Shown: positions 1 to 9,804, counted from the first letter of the stretch. The stretch is DNA of 64,000 bases from an uncultured Gammaproteobacteria bacterium (GCA_964598995.1 CAZRDR010000021.1:537-64536); one strand, 5' to 3'. The notes: generated by a model not told the origin, from the letters alone. Made by a program: numbers and translations.

Positions 1-890
1 ATAGTTTTGTAACGGAGTTCTGAAGGAGTCTTACCAGAAAAACTTGATAGAGTTAATTTCTGAACCAACTGTTCCTTACCAGTTCCAGCCTCACCAACGA
101 GTACGACATTATTATTTTCAAGCTTTGCCAGGCTTTCAATTAACTTTTCGTACTCCTTCTCTCTTCCGACAATTGAGACGTCCTTCTCAGTCAAGCTATT
201 GGTGAAATTGCGGGTATATTTCTTTGTCTCAAGCGTCCAGCCATTAACGAGTACTTCACCGATCCCTCCGCCATTCCCTTCGATATGGAACTTACGGAGT
301 TCTTCCTCATACGGGAACTGCAGCCTCGTCCAAACTAAAATCTGCATGATGTCCTCAGGCTTTAGTTTTTTAGTAAACAACAACTTTGATTGGTCTTCCT
401 CAAGTAGTAAGTAAGCAGCTACGAGGTCCATCGTCGTAACTCTCTTACCCCCTACCTCTTTTGCTAATTTATAAGCAAACTCTGGCAATATAGCATTTTT
501 TAGATCAGATTTAGGCAGATCCTCTCTGGTGATATTTGCCCGTTCCAAGAAGAATCGGACTTGTGGATACTGAAGAAGATCGTGGATGACATGAGACGCC
601 TGCGTGTAATGATAGACAGACGCTAAAGCTGGGAATGTCATGACCTGGAGTGCCTCATGTTCGGTAACCTCGTTTACCGTCTGTTTGGATTGAATCCGCG
701 AAATTTTATACCGATAAAAAATCTCACTCATGATGATCACATTGAGAAGAAATAAAGGAATCGTCGGGGTAGAGTCCATCATCCACGCAAGCAGACTCAC
801 GAGCAGTATCAGGAGTACTAAGGTAATGCGTACAGCTTTACTGAGTGGATTTCGATAAAAACGATAAAGCGTAATAAAATGATAGTCCAT
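1..890 (-). CDS. Partial (C-terminus beyond window) membrane-anchored Clp-N / AAA+ ATPase paralog; start ATG at 890; degenerate Walker A GEAGTGKE
   Basis: Manual translation of the minus strand from the ATG at 890 gives MDYHFITLYRFYRNPLSKAVRITLVLLILLVSLLAWMM..., with an N-terminal hydrophobic anchor. This is followed by a Clp_N-like repeat region and then VGREKEYEKLIESLAKLENNNVVLVGEAGTGKEQLVQKL. That stretch aligns to the ClpA/B/C D1 motif IGRDEEIRRxIQVLxRRTKNNPVLIGEPGVGKT. No stop codon occurs before position 1. It is absent from the ORF track because it is truncated by the window edge. Confidence 0.5.
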   Translation of the reverse strand, partial: MDYHFITLYRFYRNPLSKAVRITLVLLILLVSLLAWMMDSTPTIPLFLLNVIIMSEIFYRYKISRIQSKQTVNEVTEHEALQVMTFPALASVYHYTQASHVIHDLLQYPQVRFFLERANITREDLPKSDLKNAILPEFAYKLAKEVGGKRVTTMDLVAAYLLLEEDQSKLLFTKKLKPEDIMQILVWTRLQFPYEEELRKFHIEGNGGGIGEVLVNGWTLETKKYTRNFTNSLTEKDVSIVGREKEYEKLIESLAKLENNNVVLVGEAGTGKEQLVQKLTLSSFSGKTPSELRYKT

Positions 891-901
891 AGTTAGTTAC
901 C

Positions 902-1231
902 TCACCAGATCAACAGCGCAACGGTAAATATCGGAAAGACGATAAACCCAATGATAAGCGCTGCTTCAAGCAAAAAAATCGGAACGAACAAGATGAGTGA
1001 GGTTAGAATCACCGCACTTTTAACAACGATCCCCATGCCGATTGAAAATCCGACGAGGCCTTTACGATATTCATTTTTGATCGGTTGAAAGAATGTCCGA
1101 AGTAAGAGTGATACTGAGAAAAATTGGAAAAAAGCTTTATTTACCTCGTGGAAGTATTTGAGAAGACGAATTGGTGCTTCGCCAAACCAAAAGGCAAGAA
1201 AATAAAACGGTAAGAACAGATAGGCAGCCAT
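902..1231 (-). CDS. Small polytopic membrane protein (109 aa, 3-4 predicted TM helices), hypothetical
   Basis: The ORF-track protein is dominated by hydrophobic stretches (LFLPFYFLAFWF, LVGFSIGMGIVV, ILTSLILFVPIFLLEAALIIGFIVFPIF). It sits between the two Clp-family genes on the same strand with short gaps. Confidence 0.4.
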   Translation of the reverse strand: MAAYLFLPFYFLAFWFGEAPIRLLKYFHEVNKAFFQFFSVSLLLRTFFQPIKNEYRKGLVGFSIGMGIVVKSAVILTSLILFVPIFLLEAALIIGFIVFPIFTVALLIW

Positions 1232-1294
1232 AAAGTAATACCCCCAAACGAAGAGGTACTTTCATCTTAGTATATTAAGAGGAGAAAACTCAAA

Positions 1295-4015
1295 TTAATT
1301 AGTAGATGTCGAGGAAGCACTCATGCCATTGGCCGAAGTTGTAACGCCATTTGCCCCATTAGTCGTCTCTTCCTTTAAGAAAGGTGGGTTAAAATCAGGA
1401 GTTGCGAACTGTTGTGCCTGTGGCGCATCAGGCATCGCGTGAGCGTCCCCTGTATCACTTGGAGCTGGAGTCTGAGGCTGTGGCTGATCAGGCTGGGTCA
1501 AAACGTCTTGTTGCGTAGTTTCATCGGCCTTTGCTTCACCTTGAAGAGGTGTGCCACTCCCCTTACCAAAACTGAAAGCTGATTTGGACTCATCGTAGTC
1601 GACCACGATCGTGTCACCTGGAACGAACTGTTTACTGATCAGGAGCATCGCAACTTGGTTCTCGATTGCTGTCTGGATCAGTCGGCGCAGTGGCCTTGCG
1701 CCATAGACTGGATCATAGCCTTCTTGAGCAAGCTGGGCAAGCGCTTTATCTGTTGCTTGCATATGATAGCCTTGTTCTTCAAGTAACTTTGCCGTCTTAG
1801 CAATACCTAGCTTGGCAATCTGGGCCATATCCTGTCGGCGTAATGGCTTAAAGATCACGACGTCGTCAAAGCGATTGAGGAGTTCTGGTCTGAAGAACTT
1901 GCGTAATTCATTAGTTACCATCCCAGCTAGCTCTGAGAATTTCTGCGCGAACTGAGCATCAGTCTGCGCAGCAGCCTGTGCTTCAGCTCCATCACTTAAC
2001 TGCTGCTGGATGAGTGCACTTCCGATATTTGAGGTACAGATAACAATCGTATTCTTAAAAGAGATCGTGTTCCCTTTATTATCTGTTAGGCGTCCATCCT
2101 CAAGTAACTGGAGAAGGATATTAAAGACATCAGGGTGAGCTTTTTCTACCTCATCCAAAAGCACAATCGAGTATGGCTTAGCTCTGACTGCCTCAGTTAA
2201 TTGTCCGCCTTCTTCATAGCCGACATAGCCTGGAGGTGCTCCAATAAGCTTAGCCACTTCGTGCTTTTCCATATATTCCCTCATATCAAGACGGATGAGT
2301 GCGTCATCACGCCCAAAGAGGATCTCGGCTAAGGTTTTAGCTAATTCTGTTTTACCTACTCCAGTCGGCCCAAGAAAAACAAAAGAGGCAATTGGGCGGT
2401 TAGCTGGCGCTAAACCAATACGGCCGCGACGAACTGCTTCAGAGACTGCAGCGACAGCTTCTTGCTGGTCGATAAGACGATCATGGATACGATCTTCAAG
2501 CTTAAGTAACTTAGCACTCTCATCTTCGGTTAACTTCGTGATAGGAATACCAGTCCAATTACTGACGACTTTCTCGATATCAGATTTAACGACAGTACTT
2601 CCTGTTGCTTGAGAGGTAACCGGAGATTCAGCCATGCCATTATTTTCAAGCTTTTTCTCTCCCTCTTTGGTATCTGCTTTCGTCTCAACTGCCTTCGTCG
2701 GACCAATCCGTCCTAACTTAACATCAGCTGCAGCCTCATCGATCAGATCGACTGCTTTATCAGGGAGGTACCGCTCACCAATATATTTTTTAGACAATTT
2801 AACCGCTGCGACTAAGGTGTCATCTGGGATAGTGACGCTATGAAACTTCTCATATTTCGGACGAAGCACCTTTAGCATCTCAACAGCTGCTTCCTCAGAC
2901 GGCTCGTCACAAAGGATAGGCTGAAAACGTCTTTCAAAAGCTTTATCTTTCTCAAAATACTTTCGGTATTCAGCAGTAGTCGTAGTACCAATGATTTGCA
3001 TCTGACCACGAGCCAGATACGGCTTTACGATATTTGAAGCGTCTAACGCGCCATCGGTATCACCTGCACCGATAAGTGTATGAATCTCATCGATGAAGAG
3101 AATTATTTTGCCCTCACTGGCAGTTGTTTCATTAATAATACTCTTGAGACGCTCCTCAAACTCCCCTCGATGACTCGCACCTGCGACCATTGATGCCAGA
3201 TCTAATTGATAGATCTTTTTGTCTTTCAAATCCGCTGGAACAGAGCCGCTGACGATCGCCTCAGCTAACCCTTCAACGATCGCTGTCTTTCCGACACCAG
3301 CTTCACCGATGATGATGGGATTATTTTTAGTACGGCGTAACAAGACATGGATAAGGCGATCGACTTCTTTTTCTCGTCCAGCAATCGGATCTAATTTGCC
3401 CTGGCGTGCTTGTTCGGTAAGATCAATTGCATAGGTCTCAAGAACAGACTTTTTACCCGTAGTATAGGTCGGATTTTTAGATAGCTTAGTTTGGATTTCT
3501 TCTTTCTTAACCCCTTTCTCATTAAGCATCTTTGAAACATCTGAATTGCTATTACAGAACGCAACTAATAGATCTTCAGGAGAAATGAAGGAAACACCGC
3601 GAGCCTGGACATCTCGGTATGCCTGTTCGAAAAGCTGAGTCGTTGCGTCACTCAAAGTCGCCTGCCCACTGTAGGTCCCTAAGACTTCTTTACCTTGTAC
3701 TTCTTTAGCAAGTGCAGCTACATCGACAGAGAAGCCACTAAGTAACTTATAAATATCCTCATCATACAAAAGACCAAGCAATAACTGCTCTGGATCGATT
3801 TTCTCATGGCGAACGCGTTTCGCTTCATCTTGCGCGTGGTGAAGGACCTGAGTCGTGCGTGCATCTAAGTGAGAGAGTGCTGAGATGTTTTGGCGAGAAA
3901 CAGGATCCATGCGTGAAGTAGGCATGCTTGATGCTTGAGGCTGATCTTGAGGAGGAACCTGCTGTCCTACAGGCGCAACAGGATCCTTATGCTGATTAAA
4001 AAGATTTCCTAACAT
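1295..4015 (-). CDS. clpC: ClpC/ClpB-family two-ring AAA+ chaperone with short middle domain, Q/P-rich N- and C-terminal low-complexity extensions
   Basis: It has a Clp_N-like N-domain, the D1 Walker [16 protein letters not shown] and the D2 Walker [18 protein letters not shown]. Only about 50 aa separate LIDEAAADV from WTGIPITKL, so the M-domain is short (ClpC/ClpA-like, not the long ClpB coiled coil). I could find no [ILV]GF ClpP-docking tripeptide in D2. The C-terminal roughly 110 aa are Q/P/T/A-rich low complexity. Confidence 0.85.
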   Translation of the reverse strand: MLGNLFNQHKDPVAPVGQQVPPQDQPQASSMPTSRMDPVSRQNISALSHLDARTTQVLHHAQDEAKRVRHEKIDPEQLLLGLLYDEDIYKLLSGFSVDVAALAKEVQGKEVLGTYSGQATLSDATTQLFEQAYRDVQARGVSFISPEDLLVAFCNSNSDVSKMLNEKGVKKEEIQTKLSKNPTYTTGKKSVLETYAIDLTEQARQGKLDPIAGREKEVDRLIHVLLRRTKNNPIIIGEAGVGKTAIVEGLAEAIVSGSVPADLKDKKIYQLDLASMVAGASHRGEFEERLKSIINETTASEGKIILFIDEIHTLIGAGDTDGALDASNIVKPYLARGQMQIIGTTTTAEYRKYFEKDKAFERRFQPILCDEPSEEAAVEMLKVLRPKYEKFHSVTIPDDTLVAAVKLSKKYIGERYLPDKAVDLIDEAAADVKLGRIGPTKAVETKADTKEGEKKLENNGMAESPVTSQATGSTVVKSDIEKVVSNWTGIPITKLTEDESAKLLKLEDRIHDRLIDQQEAVAAVSEAVRRGRIGLAPANRPIASFVFLGPTGVGKTELAKTLAEILFGRDDALIRLDMREYMEKHEVAKLIGAPPGYVGYEEGGQLTEAVRAKPYSIVLLDEVEKAHPDVFNILLQLLEDGRLTDNKGNTISFKNTIVICTSNIGSALIQQQLSDGAEAQAAAQTDAQFAQKFSELAGMVTNELRKFFRPELLNRFDDVVIFKPLRRQDMAQIAKLGIAKTAKLLEEQGYHMQATDKALAQLAQEGYDPVYGARPLRRLIQTAIENQVAMLLISKQFVPGDTIVVDYDESKSAFSFGKGSGTPLQGEAKADETTQQDVLTQPDQPQPQTPAPSDTGDAHAMPDAPQAQQFATPDFNPPFLKEETTNGANGVTTSANGMSASSTSTN

Positions 4016-4087
4016 GGGCAGAAAACACGAGTATACTTCGCGCTATAATTATTTAATACAAATTCTCAAGAAAGAGCAAGTGTTAAT

Positions 4088-7000
4088 CTACTCAGGCTTA
4101 TCTAATGGTATTGCTACTGCTTGCTCTTCAGTTTGAGATTTAGCGCAATTAGCTACATTCACGAGCGACTCTGGTTCGTTCGCTCCAGATAGCGTCGCGA
4201 GAGCCATCACAGCTGCTTCTTTTTTCGCTTTGAGATAACCAAGTACTTCATCATGGGAGAAGCCACCCAAAAGTAAGAAAGGTAGGATATCACCAACTAA
4301 CTTCATACCTTGCGTGATATTCTCTTCGGATTCTGATGTGAGGAGATTAATCACATTTTCTGTCTCTGACTTCTCCTCAGTAACCCATTCTTCTCTACTT
4401 TGTTCTTTATTTTCGCGAGTTTTTGGTACATCACCCTTGATAAATCGTTCATAAAACATCTTCTTGATCGCCTCATAGTCATCAAGGGATACTTTCTGCA
4501 CGTTATTCTGCTTAGGTAGTCGAGCCGGCTTAACTTTATGCTGTTGTTTTGCAAGCCTATCGTTAACAAGTTTTACCAGAACCTTAGCAAATGGATCGCC
4601 TTTCTTTTCGAGTTGTTGATAGATAGTGGTTATCTCCTGTTGAGTAGTACTTGGAATAGAGATAAATTGCTGCATAATCTGCGCAGCATTTTCGTTTTGT
4701 GTGCGGTTTTCAAGTAATAACACTCGAGCTTTATTTGCTGCAACAGGAGTGATCTCCCCATGTGCTAATGAAAGCAATGTCGATGAAACATTGTCAGAAG
4801 TTTTTTCTCTTTCGAGCGTTTCTTTAAGCGTAGAATAAACTTCTCTCAACTTGTCATCAGTGATCTGCAGAGGATTATCGAGATACTGTAGAAACTTCAT
4901 AGTACTCTGAGTCTGCTCAGCTGAAACTTTATCCATTACAGTCATGATTGTTGCAGCTGATTCATTGCCTGACTGACGTGACTTTACGAGTTCTTCTCGA
5001 GCAGAACGGAATTCTTGTTGAAGCGGGAGGGCAATAAGAGATGGATCAAGTACTCCCTGAAGTGTGTTCATAATTGCTGTTGGGGTATCCTCAATCAGTG
5101 GAGCCTCTGAACTTGCGGTCAAAGCCATAAGTGTTGCTGCGGATTGGTCACCTTGTGCTGTTCTCGTCTGGAGTGATTTCTTCAGGGAATTGAGTTGTGC
5201 TGACTCATCTGCAGTCAGACTCAAGTTTTGTAGAGACTTACTGAGTACCCGTGCGAGATCTCTCATACTCCCTTGCTGGCTAGACTGAGTCTCAAATGAG
5301 GCAACATCTCTAAGCGTAGGGACTGTGAGCTTAATCTGTGGAGCCGTCTGTAACGTTTGGTCAGCTTCAGATACAGTTACCTCTGCTGCCTGCATCGTCT
5401 GAGTGTTTGCAGTCTTTTGGGCAGTATTCTTCACTGAAAGAAGCGTTTGTTCATCTGACTGCTGAAGTGTCGTGAGGACACTCTTTCCAGCTTCTAATTT
5501 AGCTTTAAGATATCCAGTTATCTCCTCTTTAGAAAAGCCGCCTAAGAGAAGGAATGGTAAGATTTCACCAACTCTATCCATTCCCATTTGGACTTGGTTT
5601 GGATCACTTGAGGCTAGGAGATTAATCGTATCGCTGATATCAGTCGTCTCTTTCGTAATCCAGGCTTCACGAGTGGTATTAGCTGGTGGTTCTGCGCTCG
5701 AATAGTTATCAGACCAAAGTTTCTTTACACTTTCATAATCCTCAAGTGAAACTTGCTGAATTCGATTCTTGGTCGGAATAGTAGCTGAAGTCACACTCGC
5801 TGCTGCTGGATGAAGTTGTTTAGTAAAGGCCCTCAGGAGTGACGTCGCTAACGTATTATTAGTAGACTTTGCCTCGATAAGTTTTTTGTAGAGAGACTCA
5901 AGCCCTGCCTGTGTCTCTGGTTGAACTGAAGCCACTTCATCTTTAAGATAAATTGCTAACTCATCACCATGAGAAGCATTAGTATTGATGACTGCAATCA
6001 AGTTAACAATACTCTCCTGAGTGAGTGGAGCACGTAAAGTCTTGAGTACTAGTTGGGCTGTCGTATTTCTATCTTCACTTGCTTGGGCTACTCGCTCAAC
6101 CAACTTCTTATAATGCATTTGCTCTGATGCTGTAGATAAATTCTCAGGATTACTTAACCTCGTTAACAATGTCTCTGCGTCAGTCTGATAATTAAGCTTT
6201 AGCTTGGTAGCTTCGTTAGTAATCTCAACAGCGAGTGGGTCATTGGATCTCGTTAGTACCGCAAGCTTGTCATGCAGCTCCTGGAAATACTGAACGGTAT
6301 TTTTTTCTCCAGCAATTTCGGGAGTGACAAGAGCAAGCATGGTTGTTGCAAATTGACTACGTTCACTTTCAGACAGCTTACTTGGCAACGTCTCAAGCAA
6401 TTGTGTTGCACTCAGGATCATCGTAGCCAGCGGGTTGTTTTCACTACTTTCCTTGATAACTTCATCGCGAATCTGAACCATTCTTTCTCGCTCTTTAGTA
6501 TCGGTTATCCTTTCAGGATGAGACAGATGCTCAAGGACATTCTTAATACTGGTGATCTGTGATGACTCTTTCGTTTCTGACTTCGTCTCAAAGCGAGCAA
6601 TATCGGTAAGCTTAGGTACAGACAACTCAGTCTTTTTCAGAAGAGTTACATCAAATGGTGCATTTGGAGCAGCTGTCTGATTGACTACCGTATTCGTTTC
6701 ATCATTATTTGTCGTATTCGTAGTTGAGTAATTGTAGTTATTTACCACTGTCGTTGGCGCGCTAATTGAAGTATCTTTCTCATCGATTTCAGCTGAAGCT
6801 GCCAAGTGTTTTGTCTCAGTCTTTACTGCCTGCTTCGTTTCAACAAGAGTATCTTCTTCATCTTGCTGAGTTGTCGTATCCTCAAGAACGTTCTTGCCTG
6901 CTTCTATTTTAGCTTTGAGATAGGCGATCATCTCAGTCTGTGAGAACCCGCCGATGAGTAGGAATGGTAAGATATCTGAGACCTGCTGCATTCCTTGTTC

Positions 7001-9385
7001 AACTTCTTGGGGATTACTCGATGAGAGTAAATTCACTGTCTCTTGGATACTTGCGATGTCACTCTGGATCCATTCTTTACGACCTGATTGGCCGACAGGG
7101 ACTTCAACATTTTTATAATTTTCTTTCCACATCTTCTTAACCGCTTCATAATCCTCCAGGGACACCTGCTGGATACGGTTAACCTGAGGCAGAGTACCTG
7201 ATTTCAATTTGGCTGTGGCAGAGACAGGAGCAACTGCAGCTTTTTGTGATGTCAGCGTCTTTAACAGGAGCGTTGCGAGTGGATCGCCTTTTTTACTTGC
7301 TTCCTCAAGTGTCGTATGAAGTTGCTCCATGTCTTTCTCTGTTGTCTTATCAGAGGTAGAGACTGTCTTGAGAAGCTCTGCAGCTAATGGATTACCCTGT
7401 GCTTTGGCCTCAAGTAGCTGATCCTGGATCTTTCTAACCTGTTCAGGACTTGAAGCGTTATCGAGATTTTGGGCAAGCATCGTTGCTAACGGATTACCTG
7501 ATTTACTCGCAGCCATAATCTTCTCGCGAAGTGTCGTGTAGTTAGCCTTTTCACTTGTATTGGTTACTTTCTCTGGGTGCGAAATTCCCTGTAGAAGCTG
7601 CTGGAGGTTCGTTACTTGGTTAGTCGTGTAGTTATTAACATTATTAAGAATAGTCGTCGCGAACTGATTGCCTTCCTTTGCGGCTTTACCCAACTCTTGT
7701 TTGATCTCAACTATTTTCTGCTGGTCACGCTTAGAGGTGATGAGTGTCGGCTGCGCTAAGTGCTGTACGAGACTCTGCATCTGCTGGGAGACTGAAGAAG
7801 CCGATGACTGCGATGAGTAACTCGTATAGGTCGTGGCTGCATTAAGTATGTTCGTCGCGACAGAATTGCCTTTCTGACTCTCAGTCACTAACTTTTCTTT
7901 GATAACGCGCAGACGATCTCGCTCGGTGCTTGAGGCGACTGTGGTTGGATTCGCGATATTGATAAGAGTCTGCTTCATGCGCTCAATCTCACGCTGTGAG
8001 TTAACGTCATGACTCAGACGAGTCGACTCATAGCGAGCGATATCACGCATCGTCGGAATTGAAAGATTGGTCAGACGTGAAATTTCTGTCTGGTTATTGC
8101 GAGTTACGAGCGTTGGGCGTTCTACCGTTCGGCTGGCTGTAGTAGGAATATCTCTCGCAAGTCCCGTCGTCTTAGGGATTTCAAACCGCTTCGCAAATGG
8201 AAGAGCCCTTGCCAGTCCAGTCGTAGCTGGTGGAGGAGTTCCTGGAGGGAGCGGCGTAAGAGGAGCTACAGGTCTATTATTAAGCATCGTATAGACCTGT
8301 TTGATCAGAGGGTTATTCTGATAATTAAAGGCCATCATGTAGTCTAAAAAGATCTGCAGCAGAATAAATGGCAAAATAATCACCGTCCAGAGCATCAGGA
8401 GCGCAACTAGGTAGAGAGCGAAAGTATCAGGCAAATTCACACTATTATTAAGACCGATGTTCTGACCTGGGCCACCGAGTAAGATGTTAATAGCGGTCGG
8501 GTAGACAGCATCTGCTGGATTATTTACTCCTGAAAAATTAAAAATGAGCGGCAACCCTGAATGCCAGAGGCGAACCAGACCAGATAAAAATACAGCAAAG
8601 AGAGGCGCATAAAGTAACCATCTGAAGAATTCCCCCACCCAAATTTTGGCAGTATTTCGCAGTGGGTAAAACAAGAGAAGTAGTGGGAAGATGGGCGAGA
8701 CGATGATCAAGAACCACAGGATGATTTTACGGAAAATCAGGAGGATGACCATCGCATAATAGGTAAAGGCTGTAAGTTTTACTAGCAGTAATGAGATAAA
8801 GGCAGACTCATCAAAAGATTGGCCGAAAACCCGCAGTCCCTGAAACGACTGGTAATTAAAGCCAACATATAAAAGATCTTTTTGGGAAATAATTTGTCCG
8901 GCCTGGTTACGCAGGAAAAATCCTTGGAAGATATCAATAATTTGATAGAGAAACTGCACCAGCGAGAATGAAAAAGTCACAAGTAATACCACGAGGAAAA
9001 ATCGCGGCAGGAAGCGTTTGGCAGATAGACTTCTGCCTCGCGTTATGATCAAGATAAATGCTGTAACTAAAATAACGAAGAGAAAAAGTGCATAGACTAT
9101 TCGCTGAATCGTCTGCCAGAGTGGAACAAGCGGATTGTTACTATACGCACTATCTGATGCCCATTTATAGTCTCTTAGCGTCCAGTCCAGTAACTGACCA
9201 GAACGAGCAGCATTTTTACCAATAGTCGTAACCTCAGGGTCTTTAATCCATGAGCCCTCTTGAGGCAAATCTTGAGCTTGGACAGTATCGACCGCTGTAG
9301 TGTCAGCAGCGTGAATAATAGCTGTCGATAGCGGGCTGAGTAAAATCCCTAATACCAATAAAATCGAAACTAAATATTTTTTCAT
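4088..9385 (-). CDS. Giant (1765 aa) secreted/polytopic membrane protein: signal peptide + ~6 TM VirB6/TrbL-like N-terminal domain (aa ~1-375) followed by a ~1400-aa hydrophilic region built from three long tandem repeats
   Basis: A single 5.3-kb ORF. The N-terminus is MKKYLVSILLVLGILLSPLSTAIIHA, a signal peptide, followed by multiple long hydrophobic helices (IVYALFLFVILVTAFILII, FLVVLLVTFSFSLVQFLYQII, FISLLLVKLTAFTYYAMVILLIF, ILWFLIIVSPIFPLLLLFYPL, FALYLVALLMLWTVIILPFILLQIF). Next comes a Pro-rich linker (PVAPLTPLPPGTPPPATTG). The rest is three repeats, each beginning (I/V)P(T/K)(M/L)(R/T)D(I/V)A(R/S)(Y/F)E and ending RIQQVSLEDYEAVKKMW...ILPFLL(I/L)GGFS...YLKAK(I/L)EAGK. Its start codon overlaps the stop of the upstream pilin-like gene (TAATG). 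Confidence 0.8.
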   Translation of the reverse strand: MKKYLVSILLVLGILLSPLSTAIIHAADTTAVDTVQAQDLPQEGSWIKDPEVTTIGKNAARSGQLLDWTLRDYKWASDSAYSNNPLVPLWQTIQRIVYALFLFVILVTAFILIITRGRSLSAKRFLPRFFLVVLLVTFSFSLVQFLYQIIDIFQGFFLRNQAGQIISQKDLLYVGFNYQSFQGLRVFGQSFDESAFISLLLVKLTAFTYYAMVILLIFRKIILWFLIIVSPIFPLLLLFYPLRNTAKIWVGEFFRWLLYAPLFAVFLSGLVRLWHSGLPLIFNFSGVNNPADAVYPTAINILLGGPGQNIGLNNSVNLPDTFALYLVALLMLWTVIILPFILLQIFLDYMMAFNYQNNPLIKQVYTMLNNRPVAPLTPLPPGTPPPATTGLARALPFAKRFEIPKTTGLARDIPTTASRTVERPTLVTRNNQTEISRLTNLSIPTMRDIARYESTRLSHDVNSQREIERMKQTLINIANPTTVASSTERDRLRVIKEKLVTESQKGNSVATNILNAATTYTSYSSQSSASSVSQQMQSLVQHLAQPTLITSKRDQQKIVEIKQELGKAAKEGNQFATTILNNVNNYTTNQVTNLQQLLQGISHPEKVTNTSEKANYTTLREKIMAASKSGNPLATMLAQNLDNASSPEQVRKIQDQLLEAKAQGNPLAAELLKTVSTSDKTTEKDMEQLHTTLEEASKKGDPLATLLLKTLTSQKAAVAPVSATAKLKSGTLPQVNRIQQVSLEDYEAVKKMWKENYKNVEVPVGQSGRKEWIQSDIASIQETVNLLSSSNPQEVEQGMQQVSDILPFLLIGGFSQTEMIAYLKAKIEAGKNVLEDTTTQQDEEDTLVETKQAVKTETKHLAASAEIDEKDTSISAPTTVVNNYNYSTTNTTNNDETNTVVNQTAAPNAPFDVTLLKKTELSVPKLTDIARFETKSETKESSQITSIKNVLEHLSHPERITDTKERERMVQIRDEVIKESSENNPLATMILSATQLLETLPSKLSESERSQFATTMLALVTPEIAGEKNTVQYFQELHDKLAVLTRSNDPLAVEITNEATKLKLNYQTDAETLLTRLSNPENLSTASEQMHYKKLVERVAQASEDRNTTAQLVLKTLRAPLTQESIVNLIAVINTNASHGDELAIYLKDEVASVQPETQAGLESLYKKLIEAKSTNNTLATSLLRAFTKQLHPAAASVTSATIPTKNRIQQVSLEDYESVKKLWSDNYSSAEPPANTTREAWITKETTDISDTINLLASSDPNQVQMGMDRVGEILPFLLLGGFSKEEITGYLKAKLEAGKSVLTTLQQSDEQTLLSVKNTAQKTANTQTMQAAEVTVSEADQTLQTAPQIKLTVPTLRDVASFETQSSQQGSMRDLARVLSKSLQNLSLTADESAQLNSLKKSLQTRTAQGDQSAATLMALTASSEAPLIEDTPTAIMNTLQGVLDPSLIALPLQQEFRSAREELVKSRQSGNESAATIMTVMDKVSAEQTQSTMKFLQYLDNPLQITDDKLREVYSTLKETLEREKTSDNVSSTLLSLAHGEITPVAANKARVLLLENRTQNENAAQIMQQFISIPSTTQQEITTIYQQLEKKGDPFAKVLVKLVNDRLAKQQHKVKPARLPKQNNVQKVSLDDYEAIKKMFYERFIKGDVPKTRENKEQSREEWVTEEKSETENVINLLTSESEENITQGMKLVGDILPFLLLGGFSHDEVLGYLKAKKEAAVMALATLSGANEPESLVNVANCAKSQTEEQAVAIPLDKPE

Positions 9386-9798
9386 TAATGACTAACTCCT
9401 GGCAGCTGCAAAATGTCTACCAAGAAGACTTCGATGAATATAAAGCCGAAAATCGCGAGGAGCAGTCCTAAAACTGCATAAAAAATATAACTTTTACCGA
9501 CATTTACTTTTTCTGGTTTACCTTCTGACGTAAGGAGTGTATAGCCGCCGATAATGATAAAGACTAAGGCAACACCGCCGATAAGTCCCAGCCCAATACC
9601 ATAAAAACTCGTGACGAACTGGATAGGATCTGTAGGCAAACACCCAACTTCAGTCATCGCCTGATCTGAGGGACAACTCGGAGTTGGAGTAGGGACATCT
9701 GCAGCATAGGTAAGCTGAGAGGTAAGTACTAATAAGCAGAATGTTACAAGCACAAGGCTTGTGACCATTCGAATGATGTGGGCAGACATCTTTTTCAT
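9385..9798 (-). CDS. VirB2/TrbC-like pilin candidate (137 aa): long signal peptide, two Cys, two hydrophobic helices separated by a short charged loop
   Basis: MKKMSAHIIRMVTSLVLVTFCLLVLTSQLTYA|ADVP looks like a signal peptide with an A-x-A-type cleavage site. The mature part has hydrophobic helix 1 FYGIGLGLIGGVALVFIIIGGYTLL, a loop TSEGKPEKVNVGKS, and helix 2 YIFYAVLGLLLAIFGFIFIEVFLV. This is the classic T4SS VirB2/TrbC pilin topology. It is translationally coupled to the giant VirB6-like gene. Confidence 0.5.
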   Translation of the reverse strand: MKKMSAHIIRMVTSLVLVTFCLLVLTSQLTYAADVPTPTPSCPSDQAMTEVGCLPTDPIQFVTSFYGIGLGLIGGVALVFIIIGGYTLLTSEGKPEKVNVGKSYIFYAVLGLLLAIFGFIFIEVFLVDILQLPGVSH

Positions 9799-9804
9799 AG
9801 CAGG

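Noticed and set aside
199-414. 71-aa plus-strand ORF from the ORF track
   Set aside because: It lies antisense inside the longer minus-strand Clp-N/AAA+ gene (1..890), which has clear family motifs. The short ORF has a low-complexity S-rich product.
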